A DNA stretch of 63,031 nucleotides, the filler included, from Asterionella formosa (taxonomy: Eukaryota): NCBI GenBank assembly GCA_002256025.1. It is 21 parts of 21 records of this genome, joined end to end, with 100 filler letters (N's around TTAATTAATTAA, not from the genome) between each part and the next. Parts side by side here need not be neighbours in the genome. Positions count along the whole stretch, not along the records: positions 3,568 to 30,976 come from NKIB01001503.1; 20 more parts are not named here. One strand, written 5' to 3'. The position numbers were made by a program, and so were the translations under genes. The notes under the pieces were generated by a model. That model made no database searches, was not told where the DNA came from, and saw nothing but the letters and a program-made list of their open reading frames with translations. Positions 11,235 through 23,616 of the stretch are shown in pieces (the stretch's first letter is position 1; every line of letters starts with the position of its first letter).

Positions 11235-11326
11235 TCAGCATACCGGTAGTTATTATCGCAACCTGAAGTTTGGCATTAGTTAATCCTTATAATGTTCACA
11301 TTTGACGAAGGATCTTATCACACAGC

Positions 11327-12968
11327 ATGGCATACGTTGGTCATGAATGTTGGATCAACCATCCGACGGAAGCAAGCAAGAAAATTCAACAATGGGCGAC
11401 TGTTGTTTCCGAAGACTGCGAGAACAATACAATGATTGTTGAATTCATGGATACGTCACGCACGACTGTGAGTCGCGACCGATTTTTCCCCACGTTTCGT
11501 GCGGATAAAAAAAAAGTAATTTGGAAAACTTCCAGAGTAGCAAAGAAGACTGCTGCCAATGCTCATTCAGGGGAAGGAAACATTGACGAAGTAGCTGGGC
11601 ACGATCTGCTTTATTTGCATGGTCTCTCAAAGGAGATGGTGAGAATGTGTGTCACAAAAGTCTTTCCCAAAGATCTGGCTCCGTTTGCTTTCAATGTGGG
11701 ACTCTTTTTCCTCTTTGTTTTCGAGCGGCAGTGCATGTGGGTGCGAAGAAATAACGGTGATGAGCCACTCACAAGGAATTACGTTATGGGGAACTACTTC
11801 TTTTGCAATGTAAGTCTACGCATATTTTTATTGAATGTCCGATCCTGATGATAGCTCTCAATCTAATTGACATTGCAGAACTATCGTGAGTTGGACCGCG
11901 GTACAGCCTACTTCCATGCACACGCCGTCACCTTATTTGAGAAGTACTCGCGAAATGGAGTTATAGATCAAACGGTATGGTTAGAAAAGATACTTTGGGC
12001 CTCGACGTGCTATCGATTAGTCAATAAAATTGAGACCTTCATAGGCTTCGGCGGTATACCGGAGATTCAGGATTGGACTGCGTTCAAAAATTACTTCGTG
12101 AATTTCGACGCTTCAAAATCTAAGTTCACAGGGGCACACCAAACCATGGGAGAGCAGCGATATTGCGATACAATGGATTGGTTAAGCAAGGCAAAAATCA
12201 TTCGCTTTGCTAATGAGATCTTTCGAAAGTCGCAAAATAGAAAAGTGAGAGAATGTGTTGAGGTTCTGACGGCAATTCCCAACATTGGAAGATTTCTGGC
12301 TTGGCAAATTACCTGCGACCTTTTAGAATCAAGATGTCTTCATCCCTGCAAAGAAAATGATTATGCAACCCTCGGTAAAGGAGCCGATGGTAAGTTCTAA
12401 GAAGGATAAAATGATTTTTCCCCCTTACTTTTGCCCTCCCCTAAACTATGCACATGCAGTCGGCATTGGAAAGATTTTTGTTGGTGGAATGGAGGGTGGA
12501 ATGCGAAACAACAATCGGCTCTTCTTTGCCAGGCTTCTCCAAGAAAAGTACGACGAAGTGTATAAGGCCATGGGATTAGTATTTCCACGGTTTCATGGAC
12601 GACCCATCACATTGAAGCATATTGAGCATGCCCTCTGTGAATACCAAAAGTTCATTGCCATTTCTTTAAAATGCGAAAAAGGGTGAGTGAGCAAAACTAA
12701 AGATGATGACATTTTAAAAACCTGATCTCATTCAGTTTCTTCCAGTTTGATTCCTGGGGGTCAACGAACAACCAATCAACTACGAAGCCATTTAGACATC
12801 GATAAGTTGTGTCACTATGTCAACAAGTGTGGTAACAATGGCGACGATGTAATATTTTGTGATTTTTGTTTGGTTGCATATTGTCCTCAGTGTGTCACAT
12901 TTCCTGTCTTGGGAGGAAGCTGGATGTGCAAACGTTGCAGCAGATTGGAAAGCATTAGATTTGACTGA
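11327..12968 (+). CDS. 479-aa protein: Tudor-like N-terminus, aGPT-Pplase1 (5-hmdU DNA kinase helical-domain-like, HhH-glycosylase-fold) core and ADD/PHD-like Zn finger; 4 exons (11327-11809, 11879-12389, 12460-12682, 12746-12968)
   Basis: Three GT-AG introns (69, 70 and 63 bp; phases 0, 1, 2) join four ORF-track ORFs into one 1440-nt frame. Core motifs: FVFERQCMWVRR..G.EPLT...FFCNNYRELDRGT, IPNIGRFLAWQITCDL, LGKGADVGI, IEHALCEYQK. C-terminus: C....C...DDVIFCDFCLVAYCPQC...WMCKRC. Confidence 0.82.
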
Positions 12969-14066
12969 ATTATGTGGAAGCAAGGACGCTTTCTAATAGT
13001 AAAAATATACAGCATCATTATTGTATTCTGAATCTACCACTTTTTGGCCAAGTATAAAGGCACGTTTAAGAAAGACTACTACAGTGCTGATCACAGAATT
13101 TAGTGGTGTATAAGCTACAGGGACATCTGGGTCCCAATAGTAAATAAATCCTAGAAACAACCAATTCACCATGACAAAAGGCGCTATCCAAGCGGCCAAC
13201 TAGGCAAAGAAAGAACAACTCATAGATGTGGGACAGCACCATAAGATTGTAACAAAATCCGACAGAAAGAGAATGCAGAAAGAGGAGGAGATGGAAAAAC
13301 AAACCAAGATTAACGCAGGAGTGGTGAAAACCAGTGATTGCATGGATGTTGATTTGGTGTTTTCCACAAACACCACACACAGTTGGGGAATTCATGGCAA
13401 TTGAATCAACAAAACACAAACCAGGCAAAGACAGTATCAAGGGAAAAGAAAAGAAGAAGTTTAACACCTTTTTCACTATAGTGAGCGCTATTACAGTGCC
13501 AGAAGCAGCAGACTACAAGAATGGCAATTGCCAAACATTAACAAGAATAAAGAAGAAGACAGAGAAATGAAGAAGTCACTGATGAAGAAGTTGCGCCAGA
13601 GCTGGATGTGTTGCTCAAAGCAATAATTTTTGTGATAACGAAGACAATGAAGACAAAGAAAAAATCAATGAGATGGAAGCCCTGGAATCACCAATTGTTA
13701 TGGAGACTTCAAATTGAATCACCAAAATAAGGGCCAAATGGGAAATCTTTAACCCAATCCACACTCACCATCCCATTCTCTGGCTGACACGAGAAGTGCA
13801 GTCATAGAGAACTGAACCAAGAACAAAGCTATCACAATTTTTTTTAACTGCTTCCACACGAGGAAGTGACTACCAACCAAACCTTTCCACTGCCCCACCT
13901 TATATGGGCCATGGAGCGCAATGACGGCAACTCTAGAAATAGAATAGTAAGAATGCGCTATAAAAATGATTAATATATATTCTGAATCTACCACCTGTCA
14001 CTATTTGCTCAAGTATTTATGTCCAATCCCGAAGGCCATATCTTCTGACCTTTTGTTCCCATCTTC

Positions 14067-16579
14067 CTAAAATGCGGATATCTCCTCTTCAATGTCTGGT
14101 TCGTCCATCTTCTCCATCGCCGCTTTGATAAGGTTGGTGTCTTTGGGATCAAGATCGAGTGCATTTAGGAAGCAGCGCATGGCTTTGTCGGTTCGCCCCA
14201 TTCGCTTGTACAGACGGCCCATGGCAAAATGAATTTGAGCTTCACGAGGAGCAGCATCGCGCACTTTTTCAAGCTCGGCCAAAGCTTCCTGTGGGCGTTC
14301 AAGTGACTGGTAGACCAAGGCGCGTTGATAGTGTGCTTGAGGGTTTCGGGGATCGATACGGAAAGCGGCCCTTAATGTATCTAATGCAGCGTATGCCTTA
14401 CCGTTAGCATTCTGAGCCATGCCAAGATGGCAAATCAAAACGGAGCTCTGTGGGTTTATACTGCTAGCCTTTTGGAAATGGTATTCTGCCAAGTCAAATT
14501 TTTCTTGACAGTGATATATGGCACCAAGGCCATACCATGCATTATAATGTCGCTCGTCTGCCCGAATCGCATCACGGTAGCACGCAATAGCTTTTTCGAA
14601 ATCTTCATTTGCGAAGTATTCATGACCCGAAAGGGTATGAGAATAAGTAAAGGATGGGTCCAATTGAATTGATCGACGAAAGAAAGTCAATGCGGTCTCG
14701 TGCTCTTTTTGAAGTGAAAAACAGTTTCCAACCACGCACCAAACTTCAGCCGAAAGTCGATCGAAGTCAGTGACACGTTGAGCAAGGTAAGAAAGCTCCA
14801 CCTCTCTTTTCATTTGCCACAATGCTGTGGATAATACCTCTAGACCTTGCATTCGATGTGGCTCCAACTGTTCCATCAACTGCAAGTATCGAATAGAATT
14901 TTGATAGTCTGCCATTTCAAAGTATGCTCGACCAACTTGATGCATGACATAACCACTGTGAAAATGATTATCCGGGAGTTTATTGAAGAGCTCAATGGCT
15001 TCCTTTGACCGGAATTGTCCAAGGCAAAGCTGAGCGGATCCCATAACACAAAGCAGCTCAAGAATCTGTTGTACTCCAACTACTTCCAATTCGTCTTCAA
15101 CTGCCGGAATTTCAACTTGTCCATAGTCACGTTGATTTGCCACTTGCGGTGTACTGGACTGTGATTCCCCTCCGACGGAGAAAAGAGCGCGAGGCTTTCG
15201 TGCTGTGTTCACGAAGCCTCGTTCATCTTGCAGTGGAAGGGGCGTCGTAACCGCACTATCCTCAGGAACGATGGTCGAAAAGGATCTCTGATTTGCGGAA
15301 GGTAGGTTAGTTGTGTCAATTCCTCCAAGGAATAAAGATCGAGGTTGAGCCTTCGAAGCATTAGAATCAATTGGAGTAAATTCAGGTGAAGGTTCATAAT
15401 ATCGTCGAGATACCACCGAACGAGCCCTTCTCACAACGTGTTGTAACGTACTTTCAACAGCCGATGATTGTATGCAAGTAGCGGAATCGGGCACGTTTGA
15501 CCCCATTGCCTCAAATGAATTGTCAGTTTTTTTTGATATTGGTGTCATATCGGGAGTTGTAAACATTACCCGAGGCGCCGTACTTTCTCCTCTTCCACCA
15601 AAGTTAGTACTCAAAGGAAATAGAGATGTACTTGGGATCAACGATGATACTGACGGAGTAGTCGCATCCATGGTCTGTAATACAGACTTCCCATTAGGTG
15701 GACTGTACGAAAAGCTAGGCGTCAACGGTCCTCTCTCGTGTCTATGTTGGGGTTGTGCCAAGTTTAGTGCTGGAGGATTGACACCAAAGGTTGTTATTGG
15801 GTCCAAGACAGTTCCGTCCACACCGAGTTCGCACAAAGCTTCAAAGCTAGTCCACATCATTGGATCCAACTGGGAAAATGAAAATTTGAGACAATGAACT
15901 TTGGAGAGACTTTATTAACAAAACCATGTAAACAACGTACCTGCAATGCCATTCTATAGTATTGGATTGCTCGCTGTTTCCTGTTTGAATTAATACATAT
16001 GGAACCTAGCAGGTGGAGACCCACGGCCCCATTTGGAATAGGGCAAGGCTGCAAGAAAGAATTTAATTCACAAAGGCAAGGAAAGGCAACCAAATAGTGA
16101 GAATGGACCATGTCTGACCAAGTGACAACATGATGAAGTCAATCTACATTACTCACTGATGATGCAAGAATAAAGTGACTCATGTCTTCCTGTCCACTCC
16201 CCTGCTTTCTAAAGTCTAAGCGACACTGTCGCAAGAGGGCTTCTTCTGCTGGTCCAAAGGCTTCCAAAGCATAATGGCACTTAGCTAGTAAATACTGCAT
16301 GCATGGAGTCGGAGCCTTGGCTTGTTCTAGAATGGCAATGGCTCGTTGCGGCTTCTGATCTCTAAAATAGCAAATGGCGAGTAGGTGAAGGGAATGATTC
16401 GTTCGAGACGTTGCAACAAGGCGTTCGGCAAAAAAAGTGGCATTGTCAACGCAGAAGACGGACAAGTACTGTTGAATCAAGGACGTATAGGTGCCTTCAA
16501 CGCCAATGGATGATGGTCTGTCGCTTGTGTCTGTGAGCGTTGATGTTGATTCTTGACTGTTGAAGTAAGGAGCGCCCAT
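14067..16579 (-). CDS. CDC27: Anaphase-promoting complex subunit 3 / CDC27 (TPR protein), about 777 aa; exons 16579-16157, 16048-15941, 15869-14067
   Basis: N-terminal NATFFAERL APC3 motif, a low-complexity linker, then the C-terminal TPR array with WCVVGNCFSLQKEHETAL..F.R.IQLDPSFTYSHTLSGHE and RHYNAWYGLG. Two phase-0 GT-AG introns. Confidence 0.95.
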
Positions 16580-17732
16580 GGTATGATATGGAATCAGTAG
16601 CTAGTCCTCTATAGTGTGCTGCACATTTAATTCTAAATGGTAAGGAGGGGACCGAGCTGAGCCAGGAGGTGCTTGCGAATCATTGCTGTGGGCGCTAAAC
16701 AATATGTACTGAAATTCCGGTATAGAGATTGTCAGGTTTTGACATATTTATGTATTCGAAATCATTCGATATATTGCTGGATGCATCATGAAACTACATT
16801 GGGTAGCCATCGTAGCTGTCTGTACAAAATAATTCTGGCTACCAGTACAACATAATTTTTATATAAATAACATCCATGTGGATAAAGTTAATGTACACAT
16901 GCATCCGAGATCTCGTGGTTGTGGTTGTTGCAATCATTCATGACGAACATGAAATCGGAGTCCTTTGTGCAGCGATGGGTGTAAAATCGTTGTTACATCT
17001 TCATTGCAACTTCTACATGATCTTATATGAGACATTCCTGTACAGTTTCAACTCCAGCTTGCCCAGTATCAAGCTCAAGAGTGTAGAACCGTTGGTCGTG
17101 TAGGCATGGCTGGATCTCCATGCCCAACAAAAAATAGTTCATATAAAAAGCAAATTGTGTCATACCGTGCCGCTTCCGGTGTTTAATAGTAGCGCTACTC
17201 ATGGAGGAAAGAAAACTATTTCAAGCGGCATGGGAGGATGTTCTATTGGTGCTGAGTAAAGCAACAGAATAACCACACCAACATGGTGGATGTGATTATA
17301 ACATGCCAATCCAGGCGCAAAATATAATATACCATAGGTTTAGGGTTTATGCTAATCCTAGGCCTATAGGGTCTACATACCCGGTGGCCCCAAAAATTGC
17401 ATCCAGCCATACTGATATACATATCAGATTCTTTCCGGCTATGCTGAAGTCTGGGTTGTTTTCAATCCCTCCCCACCTAGTAGTACTAGCTCAATACATA
17501 ACTGCCACTTCTCTCCAGAAATGGGGTCCTTACCATATCTGTACATAGATCATACCCCTAAGTCGCGAAATGACAGTATCTAAGCATATGAGAAGTGGTC
17601 GTAATGGTGAAAGCTAATTTAACCTTTAACTATTATATTTACTTTTACGTGATGTGTGGATTGAGGTACATCATAAAAATATTTTGGGAAAAAACGGACC
17701 TCACAATTTGTACCTGCCGGGCTGCAACCTAA

Positions 17733-18371
17733 AGGTTCCTGCATTTCAACCCTAGTTTAGAGGTATACAAGGATAACCAATCAGAATATGAATAATACAG
17801 CGGGCAATTACATCGGAACTTTTGTACACGAGATTTTACAACTAACATTTTAGCACAAGACTACCATTCCGATGATGACGTTTCGGCAATTAGTGATTCT
17901 GATTCCGACATTTTGGTGACCGTTGAAAAGGCCGATATTGTCGATTTTTTGGACGACAATAGCTCAACGTTGGCAGGGTTTGAAGAAGAGTTAAGTACAT
18001 AGCTAATCTTCATATAGCCCCAGAAGTTAACTTTCGGCAAGAAACCGCAGAAAGGAACTTCGGTTTTTTTATTAGGCCAAATAAACGAGTTAGCCCGGTA
18101 AAATCCACTATTTTCAGCATAGTTAAAAAACCGAAGTTCCTTTCTGCAGTTTCTCGCCAGATCCTATATCCTGACGATGTATAGCGTTGACCTATAACCC
18201 TACTTTGATAAATGACTGTATTTAAGCATGTGGAAAGGGTGTGTATTGGTGAAAGCTCCGTTTAGCGTTATACATTTACATTTTACTCGTAAGAAGTCTA
18301 TGTTTGACTACTCTGACTTAATATTATTTTTTCAGCCCTACCTCGAGCTAGGGGTTCAAATGCAGGAACCT
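17733..18371. mobile_element. Non-autonomous PIF/Harbinger-type (Tourist-like) MITE, 639 bp
   Basis: TIRs AGGTTCCTGCATTT / AAATGCAGGAACCT (14 bp perfect, about 24 bp imperfect) with a TAA target duplication (17730-17732; 18372-18374). No ORF. Confidence 0.8.
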
Positions 18372-18640
18372 TAATTAAGATCGCCTATATTTAATAAATA
18401 TATATGCATGGTACTAAGAGTAAGAGTGGTATATCTGAAATATATTGAATACCACAATAATACAATTGAGGAAAACAAAAACAGAATATAAGCCTGTTGT
18501 ATAGTGCCCTTCATAAAAAGTGATCAAATCTACCGGTAATTAACAATATAATTCACTGCATGGATTACCGTTTTGGTCTTCTGGTTTAATCAAAAATACG
18601 ACTGTCTCTTAACTTCATAAATAGTGGTCACGAACTAGTT

Positions 18641-21600
18641 CTAGTCCTGACCCTCGATAGCATAATTCAACAAAACTTCTCCTACAAGATAGCGATCATC
18701 GCGAGCAGCTTTGTGGGCGACCTGGAACCAGTCTTTCAATTGCGACTGGAATGCGAGCATAAATTGACACGTCAATGTCAGCACCGCGAAGATGCGAAAG
18801 AAGGCCAATCGGCAAATGCCTACATCAGTTAGACCAACACAGAGAACCAAAATTCCTGAAGTCCCTTCCCCGGCCACGGCGTCAAAACAGCAAGATCTGT
18901 AGAGTGCGAGTGGTGTAATCAAGGAGAAACACAATGTCCGCACAATCGGAAGCAAAAAGTCATAAATAAGGATGTCAGCATCGACACGGTCCCATTCCCA
19001 ATGAAGAAACACAGACCCGACGATGCTAATGAAACGCCCAACTCGACCATCTTGACCTTGCCAATGGCCAAGGTGTTCCCTGTTACTGTCCCAAACTCCG
19101 GGAAATACTATGTCTACAGGACGAGGAGGCTGGCCCCTACGGATATTTCGTGCAATCTCATCGTCTTCGAACGCTGCATTAACAAGACTGTACCAGAAAT
19201 GCCGAGTGAAAGCATTAGTGTAGCACATGGCAGCCCAGACATTCAACAGAAGGAAACCAGATGGAATAGTCCTCAAAAAAGACCTATCCCAAATGCTGAA
19301 TGAATTTTCAGTGGCGAAAGATGCATTTGATGTGAAAAATAGAAGATTATACATGGATCCAACGAGCAGTGGCGCGAGGAAAAACCAAAGAACAAAGGCA
19401 GCAACCACGGTTAGTGCCTTACGCCTCGGTGGCAGACTGAAAGACGATACCCATAACCGCGCGCGCGCAAACGCATCTACTTCGCCTTTCATGAAATGTG
19501 AAATAGTCACGAGAGTCGGACAGATCACAGCAAGTCCAATCGCTAGCGCAAATGGATCATGATGATATTTTTCGGGAAGTTGAAGTAAGAGCATTGCACT
19601 GCGTCCGATAAGCAACGGAGTGCTGAGGCCCGAGCAAATCAGAACTGTGATTCCAATCCAAGAAATGCTTACCAAGAAAAAAAACTTCGCGAAAATCGCC
19701 AAAACAGCAATAAAGCTAGCTCCACCCGAGAAAACAGGCTTTCGATAAGCTACGCCTAATTCAGTTGCTGAAGGCTTTTCTTTGCCCCATGACCACCGAC
19801 CTTGCACTTCGGCACCACCTGCACCAAGATCATCCCAACCCTCCGGAGGTCGCGGAATCAGATGTCCAGGAACTTCTCTCCAGAACTCAATAACAAATGT
19901 CCCATTTTCGCCGGTGGACCTCTTCAGTCTGTAAGGACCTTGCTTACTAGCGAACAATCCCTTGTTTTGAGCGAGTGCAGGTGTCGAATCCGGTCCAGCT
20001 CGCCGTCTTCGCCTGTCAAGAACATCTTGCTCTCCGGAGGGAAGAGGGAGACGAATAAAACCCTTTGATGCGACAAGAATACGCTGACCATCCTGGCGCG
20101 TCTTAGCAAGACGAAATCTTTTCTCTTCAAATGGTGCTGTGGGAATCATATTGGATTCAATCAAGTTGACCACATCATCAGGTTTTTTGGTAAGTCTATA
20201 CCAGAACGGATCAACCTGGACCACGTCTCTGATCTGTTGTTGGGAATGCGAATGGGTATGTATAGTGGGGTTTCCAATTTTGGCAGTTTTGTTTGACGCA
20301 TTTGTGGGCATTTCGCCTTCGATCGATGATCCAGTTGTCGCTGTGACCATGTCATCCTCAGGAACAAGGTCGGAAGAGTCGGAGCTGTCATCTGCATGGA
20401 CAAAGATGGGCATATACCCAGCGAGCACAAACTTATCGATATTTCTTGGCAGAAGGTAATCCACGACACCCATCTTGTCGCAAATAAACGCTAACCAATT
20501 GTGCTGCGTTTCTCCAATACTATTCTTATATTTTTCAAGGAGACCAAGCATTGTTAAATGAAACATAAGGAGCTCAACGGGAATCTGCAGTTGAGAAGGA
20601 AGTATGTAGTACAGCCTTGGCTTTAGGAAAGGTAAATACGATGACATCTCCGTTGCAACTACGATTCGTGCGGGGATCCATACGTGAACTGCAAGTAAGA
20701 CAGCATAGATGCCGAACGAGATTGCCATTCGCTTTGCATGGACTAATCCATTCTCGTTCAGCAAATTTCCAAGGAGATCTGGCTGAGGTTCTTGTGGACG
20801 GATTATTTTAGCAAGAAGATCAGGGTGCAGTATTTCACGCAATTGCAGCACAGAAACAGTCACGAGAAGCATGAAGGTAATTCCGACTACCCAATGTAGA
20901 AGAGCCGAGGAAAACAGGTCTCGTCCAGCGTACAAGATGCGGTCAATTGCCGAACTTTGAAACAAAGACAAAGTCGAAGCATCGAGCCAAATACCAAGTA
21001 CAAGTGGAAGCAAGAACATCTTCAGGAATAAGAGGACGCCAACCTTGACAATTGCAGCTGTAGACTCAAGCGCCAAGGCGAGCATCTCGCCAATTGTTCC
21101 AGGTAGTTCAGCGGGTAATTGTTCCCCTGGGGGATTAAATGGATCGTCAAAAGGTTCTAAAAAAGGAATGCCTCCTTGTATCCTTAAGATCGGGTCTACA
21201 GCGGCATCATCGTGTCTCGGATCTGGATTTGCGCCGTTGTCTTGCAGTGCAGGCCATAATTTTCTGCAAAATTGAATTATGCAATGAGCAATCGTGATAG
21301 AGCATGCGATGGAAACATATCCCAGTGCAATAGTTGCAAGGTCGGATAACTGCAAAGTCGTACTCAAGCGCTTGCTTTCTCCTTCCAATGAACCTATGAT
21401 CTGTACCAAACCAATATCTCCTTCCACTGTAGAATTTGTCACATTGTAATACGGAAAGAGATTCATGAAATCGTGCACCGATGTCGTGTTCAGAACAAAC
21501 GAGTGTAAGAGAGCCCCAAAAGAGCGAGGAACAAATGCAAATAACCCAAGGTAAGTCACATTAAAAGCCAACAACCAGAGCAAGTTTCGAAGAAGCGCCC

Positions 21601-23616
21601 CAAAGGGCCCACGCAACCCCAATAGTTCATCAAGAGCTACATTCATTTCCATATCAACGGGTTCCTCTCGATTCATGACGGGTTCGAGCGGCTCGAATTG
21701 GGGTTCGAAGCGGTCGTTCTCAGGGAAAATAGGTTCATCTTGATGCTCATGTTCGTCAACGTCGTTTTCTCGATTATCGTGCATATGTTGTTCATCACCT
21801 TCGTCGTGATCATGAAAGAAACGCACAAGCTGTGCTTCCTCGAAATTTCCTCCATCTTCGCGAATATTATCTCCCATCGCCATCAGTAGGGGATTTGCCG
21901 CGTCGTCTATGAAATCATCGTTGTTATCATACGCGTATTCAATGGCACGAGCGACATGCACCAACTGTGCTTCAGCGAGACGACGATTCTCGTGACCAAA
22001 GTCCTGATCCGCTTCATTTATTAGGGCGAGACGTTCGTGAAAATCATCTGGTTCATTCTGTTCATTGTTTATTCTCTCCATTTCTTCATTGAGTTGCTCA
22101 ACTTGTTGTCGAAGCGCAGCAGCCGCTTGGATTCTGCGTTGTAGCTCGTGTCGTTGTGCTAAGGGATCTGTAGGCATGGCACCTAGTGCATGATGGATAT
22201 CTTGGCCAAGGTCATCAGCTGCCGCCAAATCCATCCAACGAACTCGACGGATAGGATGTTGCCGACGTTGGCTTTTCGCAAACAAAGGTTGTCGTTGATC
22301 CATAACACCAACTTGATGAATATGTACATTACTACGCTGCCGCCTCATGTCGAGGATAACATCGTCAATATCTTCTTCGGTGGGAGGTTCTAGCTCAACT
22401 TCTCCTTGTCCGTCCTTATCAAGCCGCGCTCTTTGAGGTGCCTCACCTGGACCATGCTGCTGCCAGTGAAACCGCAGAAAATCAGCAAAACTCATCAAGC
22501 TCAAGAAACTAATAATGATGAATCCCGCAATGACCGCGCCACTGATGGCATCCCCGAGAATGAGCTCTCGTTTCCATCTTGTTAGAATCGACGACGGTCG
22601 ATTCATCCAACTGTGATAGCTGTATGAAGTTGCAAGGGGGGCGACAACAAGCCATAGGGAAATTGCGACTGTCAATCGAAAAGCTAGGGGCACCCATTTA
22701 GCGAATGTCCGACTGGTTAATCCAAGGAACACCTCATACAGAGGCAGACTAGCAGGTGCGCCTTCGGCATATTTAGGAGCAAATCGGAACTTCGTGGCAC
22801 ACAACTCACATTTGCCTAGGCGGTTAGTTAGCACCTGATTAGTTTGGGAAACCAGAGTTGATTGCACGTCATCCACATCCACTTACCATCTCCTCTTGTC
22901 ACAGCCAACCACGATGCCAAACAATCTTGATGGGTTAGCCCAATTGACCCCGAACACTTGCATGGAGCAAAGAGAGGACGACTTCGCAGAATGGGCACGG
23001 GGAAGGAAAAGGCAAAATGAGAAATAGGAATAAACATACCGGTATGCGCCATTGAATAAAAATTTTGATTTTTGAATAATCCATATGATGCTGGATGTTT
23101 CGCAGTGTTAGATTGAAAAAGTCTAGTGCCCGAATGAAAAAGTCACTATGTCTGAATGACTATTTGAACAATGACAGCACATTGTTCTGAGTTCCGAGTA
23201 TATGTGACACGTCGAAAGATTCCCATGAGTGTCTGGCTATACGACAATTTTGTGGTCAAGAAAGACCCCTCGATGAATGCCGAATATAGCTGCGATGACG
23301 GGGGGACATGGCGTTCATACCAGGAAACCAAAATAGACCTTAGCGAAGGTAGTTGAGAAAGGCTAAATGCCTTCACGATTTTAGGAGCGACCTGAAAGTG
23401 CAACGATGCAAGCGAAAAGACGAGAAAAGAAGGACAACCGAATGACGGAACGAGATAGATAACTTACCCAGCTTCTGCGGGACCGCGGCACACTCGACAT
23501 TCTTCGTCGTCTTCTTCATCTTCAGAAATCTCAGAATCTCGATCATAACGGTCTTCTTCTTGCTCTGACACAGGTTGTTCATTAATTAGATGTGCCACAT
23601 TCGCTTGGGCCACCAT
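18641..23616 (-). CDS. MARCH6: MARCH6/Doa10/SUD1-type RING-CH ERAD E3 ubiquitin ligase, about 1472 aa; exons 23616-23468, 22981-22887, 22815-18641
   Basis: Splicing rebuilds the RING-CH ECRVCR...PLFAPCKCSGSIGLTHQDCLASWL...CELCATKFRFAPKY. Also the TD domain (ELLGLRGP, PLVLGIWLD, HWVVGITFM, LREILHP), many TM helices and the C-terminal RDDRYLVGEVLLNY. An extra in-frame intron in exon 3 cannot be excluded. Confidence 0.93.

Noticed and set aside
19001..22697. Numerous antisense and alternate-frame ORFs within the MARCH6-like gene (likewise within CDC27, the kinase and the transposases)
   Set aside because: Shadow ORFs of long coding sequences with no independent motifs.
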